Assembly: GCA_003509785.1 (NCBI GenBank)
Contig: DOMY01000041.1
Span: 13,480 to 57,279 of the forward strand
Origin: Gemmobacter sp.
Lineage (GTDB): Bacteria > Pseudomonadota > Alphaproteobacteria > Rhodobacterales > Rhodobacteraceae
DNA: 43,800 bases
Reading direction: 5' to 3'
This document shows, piece after piece, positions 42,179 to 43,800 of this stretch. The translations under genes were made by a program, and so were the position numbers. Within the stretch, counting starts at the first letter, position 1. Every line of letters begins with the position of its first letter. The notes under the pieces were generated by a model. It saw only the letters and a list, made by a program, of their open reading frames with translations, was not told the DNA's origin and did no database searches.

Positions 42179-42487
42179 ATGGATCTGAATGGTCTGTCGT
42201 TGAAAGAGCTGAAGGATCTTCAGGCGCAAGTTGCAAAGGCAATTGCAAGCTATGAAGATCGCAAGAAGAAAGATGCATTGGCCGAGCTTGAAGACCGGGC
42301 GCGCGCCTTGGGCTTTTCTCTCGCAGAGCTGACTGGGCTTCAGGTTGCCCGTAAGCGCGCACCCGCAACGGCGAAATACGCAAATCCTGAAAACAGCGCA
42401 GATACCTGGTCTGGCCGCGGGCGTAAGCCCCGGTGGTTTGAAGCGGCTATCAAAGCCGGGCGTCCGATCGAAGATATGATGATCTGA
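42179..42487 (+). CDS. hvrA: H-NS family nucleoid protein HvrA/Spb
   Basis: LSLKELKDL, KYANP..TWSGRGRKPRW; follows regA; AAGGGA SD. Confidence 0.93.
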   Translation: MDLNGLSLKELKDLQAQVAKAIASYEDRKKKDALAELEDRARALGFSLAELTGLQVARKRAPATAKYANPENSADTWSGRGRKPRWFEAAIKAGRPIEDMMI

Positions 42488-43087
42488 TCAACCGTCTATT
42501 GCGGCGATCAGGCTATTGTGTCGGGCGGTGAAATCCGCCCGCACTTCTGCAGGCGGGCGCAGATGAATGGCAAGTTGTTGAATCAGCGCCATATCGGGCT
42601 TTCCAAAAAAGCGGTCGGCCTCGGCTGTAGAAAAACCCGCAATATGAACGGCTTCCATCCAGGCAGAAATCTTGTCAGCCGCCTTGATCGCCTTCTTGAT
42701 CTGCACTGGCAGCACGGCAGGCAGGCCAAAGCGGATATGGATTGCAGCGGTCAGCCGCAGATCAAGCTCGCCATAGCTGGGCCCTACTGCAGCTTTTACC
42801 GGGCTTATCATATCGCCGATCACATATTCCGGCGCATCATGAAGCAGCGCGGCCAGGCGCCAGTTTGACGCAATTCCAAGATTTTGTCGGGCAAAGATTT
42901 CTTCGACCAGCAGGGAATGCTCTGCCACCGAGTAAGGCCAGTCCCCCAGGGTCTGGCCATTCCATCGCGCAACAAAGGCAAGGCCATGGGCGATGTCTTC
43001 GATCTCGATATCCATCGGGGTCGGGTCCAGCAGATCAAGCCTGCGGCCCGAAAGCATTCTTTGCCAAGCCCGCGCCACCTTGGCCAT
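42488..43087 (-). CDS. HD-domain hydrolase (YfbR-like 5'-deoxynucleotidase family)
   Basis: RAWQRMLSGRRLDL, DIAHGL, YSVAEHS, LLHDAPEY, KAAD. Confidence 0.9.
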   Translation of the reverse strand: MAKVARAWQRMLSGRRLDLLDPTPMDIEIEDIAHGLAFVARWNGQTLGDWPYSVAEHSLLVEEIFARQNLGIASNWRLAALLHDAPEYVIGDMISPVKAAVGPSYGELDLRLTAAIHIRFGLPAVLPVQIKKAIKAADKISAWMEAVHIAGFSTAEADRFFGKPDMALIQQLAIHLRPPAEVRADFTARHNSLIAAIDG

Positions 43088-43163
43088 TACAAGCACCCCA
43101 TCTGCCCCAGCAGGTCAATGGTTACACAGGCCCTGCGCGCATCGCAATGTGGCCCAGCACAGT

Positions 43164-43800
43164 TCAGCCCGCCAGCAGCGCCTCAGCCAAGGGGGCATCC
43201 ACCACGATCTGATCGACATAGCCACCACGCAGCGCTGCCAGGGTCGGTTCCAGCTTGTGCTGGCCGCTGACCACCAGCAGGCCTGTCATCCGGCGCAGGG
43301 TCTCATGATCGGCACCAATCAGCCGTTCATCCAGCGGGCCAAGAACCGGCGCACCTTTCCTGTCGATGAACCGCCCAGCGATGATGCCCACCGCGCCGCG
43401 TGCCACATAATCTGCGATATCGGCTTCGGATGCGATCTTGAATTGCACCACATGAGTATCTGGTGTGCAGGGGCTGAGTGAATAAATCGCCTTGGTGCAC
43501 CGTCGCAGATTGTCTAGCTGTTCAGATATGATTGGCTCTGCCCTCAGAAGCCGCGCCAGATCTGCTGTGCTGCAGACTGCAGGCGCATTCAGGTTGATAC
43601 AAGCAGCAGAAAGCCTGCGGGCGATTTCCGTCGAACAGCTTTCCGAGGTGGGCAGCAGCGGGTTTGCCATTGACCCGATCAACTGCCGGACAGTCAAATT
43701 TTCAACCGGCCACCAAGGTACGTTTTCGGATACAAACCAAACCGTCTGGCCCCAGCTGACCCCCAATTCGTCGCCGGGCACAACGAAATCTGGCAGGATT
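43164..43800 (-). CDS. SorC/DeoR/LsrR-type sugar-binding transcriptional regulator (5'-partial; frame open to window end)
   Basis: LGVSWGQT, GAVGIIAGRFID, KLEPTLAALRGGYVDQIVVD sugar-binding domain signature. Confidence 0.88.
   Translation of the reverse strand, partial: ILPDFVVPGDELGVSWGQTVWFVSENVPWWPVENLTVRQLIGSMANPLLPTSESCSTEIARRLSAACINLNAPAVCSTADLARLLRAEPIISEQLDNLRRCTKAIYSLSPCTPDTHVVQFKIASEADIADYVARGAVGIIAGRFIDRKGAPVLGPLDERLIGADHETLRRMTGLLVVSGQHKLEPTLAALRGGYVDQIVVDAPLAEALLAG

Overview
This window is the chromosomal origin region of a Rhodobacteraceae (Paracoccaceae)-type alphaproteobacterium and is almost entirely core genome. Left to right it carries: the 3' part of a urease cluster (ureC partial, ureE, ureF, ureG) interrupted by a small opposite-strand gene; a periplasmic msrA; smr-mltA-tim44 and fxsA-secB; maf-aroE-coaE-dnaQ; a probable oriC (10888-11289); hemJ-rho-mnmE-mnmG-rsmG-parA-parB; rph-rdgB-hemW-ybaN; hrcA-grpE; mutS; maeB-ribokinase; divL-like-tsaE-amgK-murU-addB-addA; regB and senC-regA-hvrA; an HD hydrolase; and a partial SorC/DeoR-type regulator. 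I found no rRNA, tRNA, CRISPR array, IS element, prophage or defence system, so I cannot support a wholly new multi-gene system. The most interesting signals are small-scale. (1) Four parS sites with a perfect core and two degenerate ones all lie inside coding sequence, and two appear to supply start/stop codons. (2) A perfect CtrA box heads a run of genes from divL to addAB. (3) A 56-aa antisense gene with CtrA/CcrM-like upstream signals sits inside the urease operon. (4) A clipped addA abuts ribokinase, suggesting an origin-spanning inversion. (5) GC content dips over housekeeping genes around oriC/parS.
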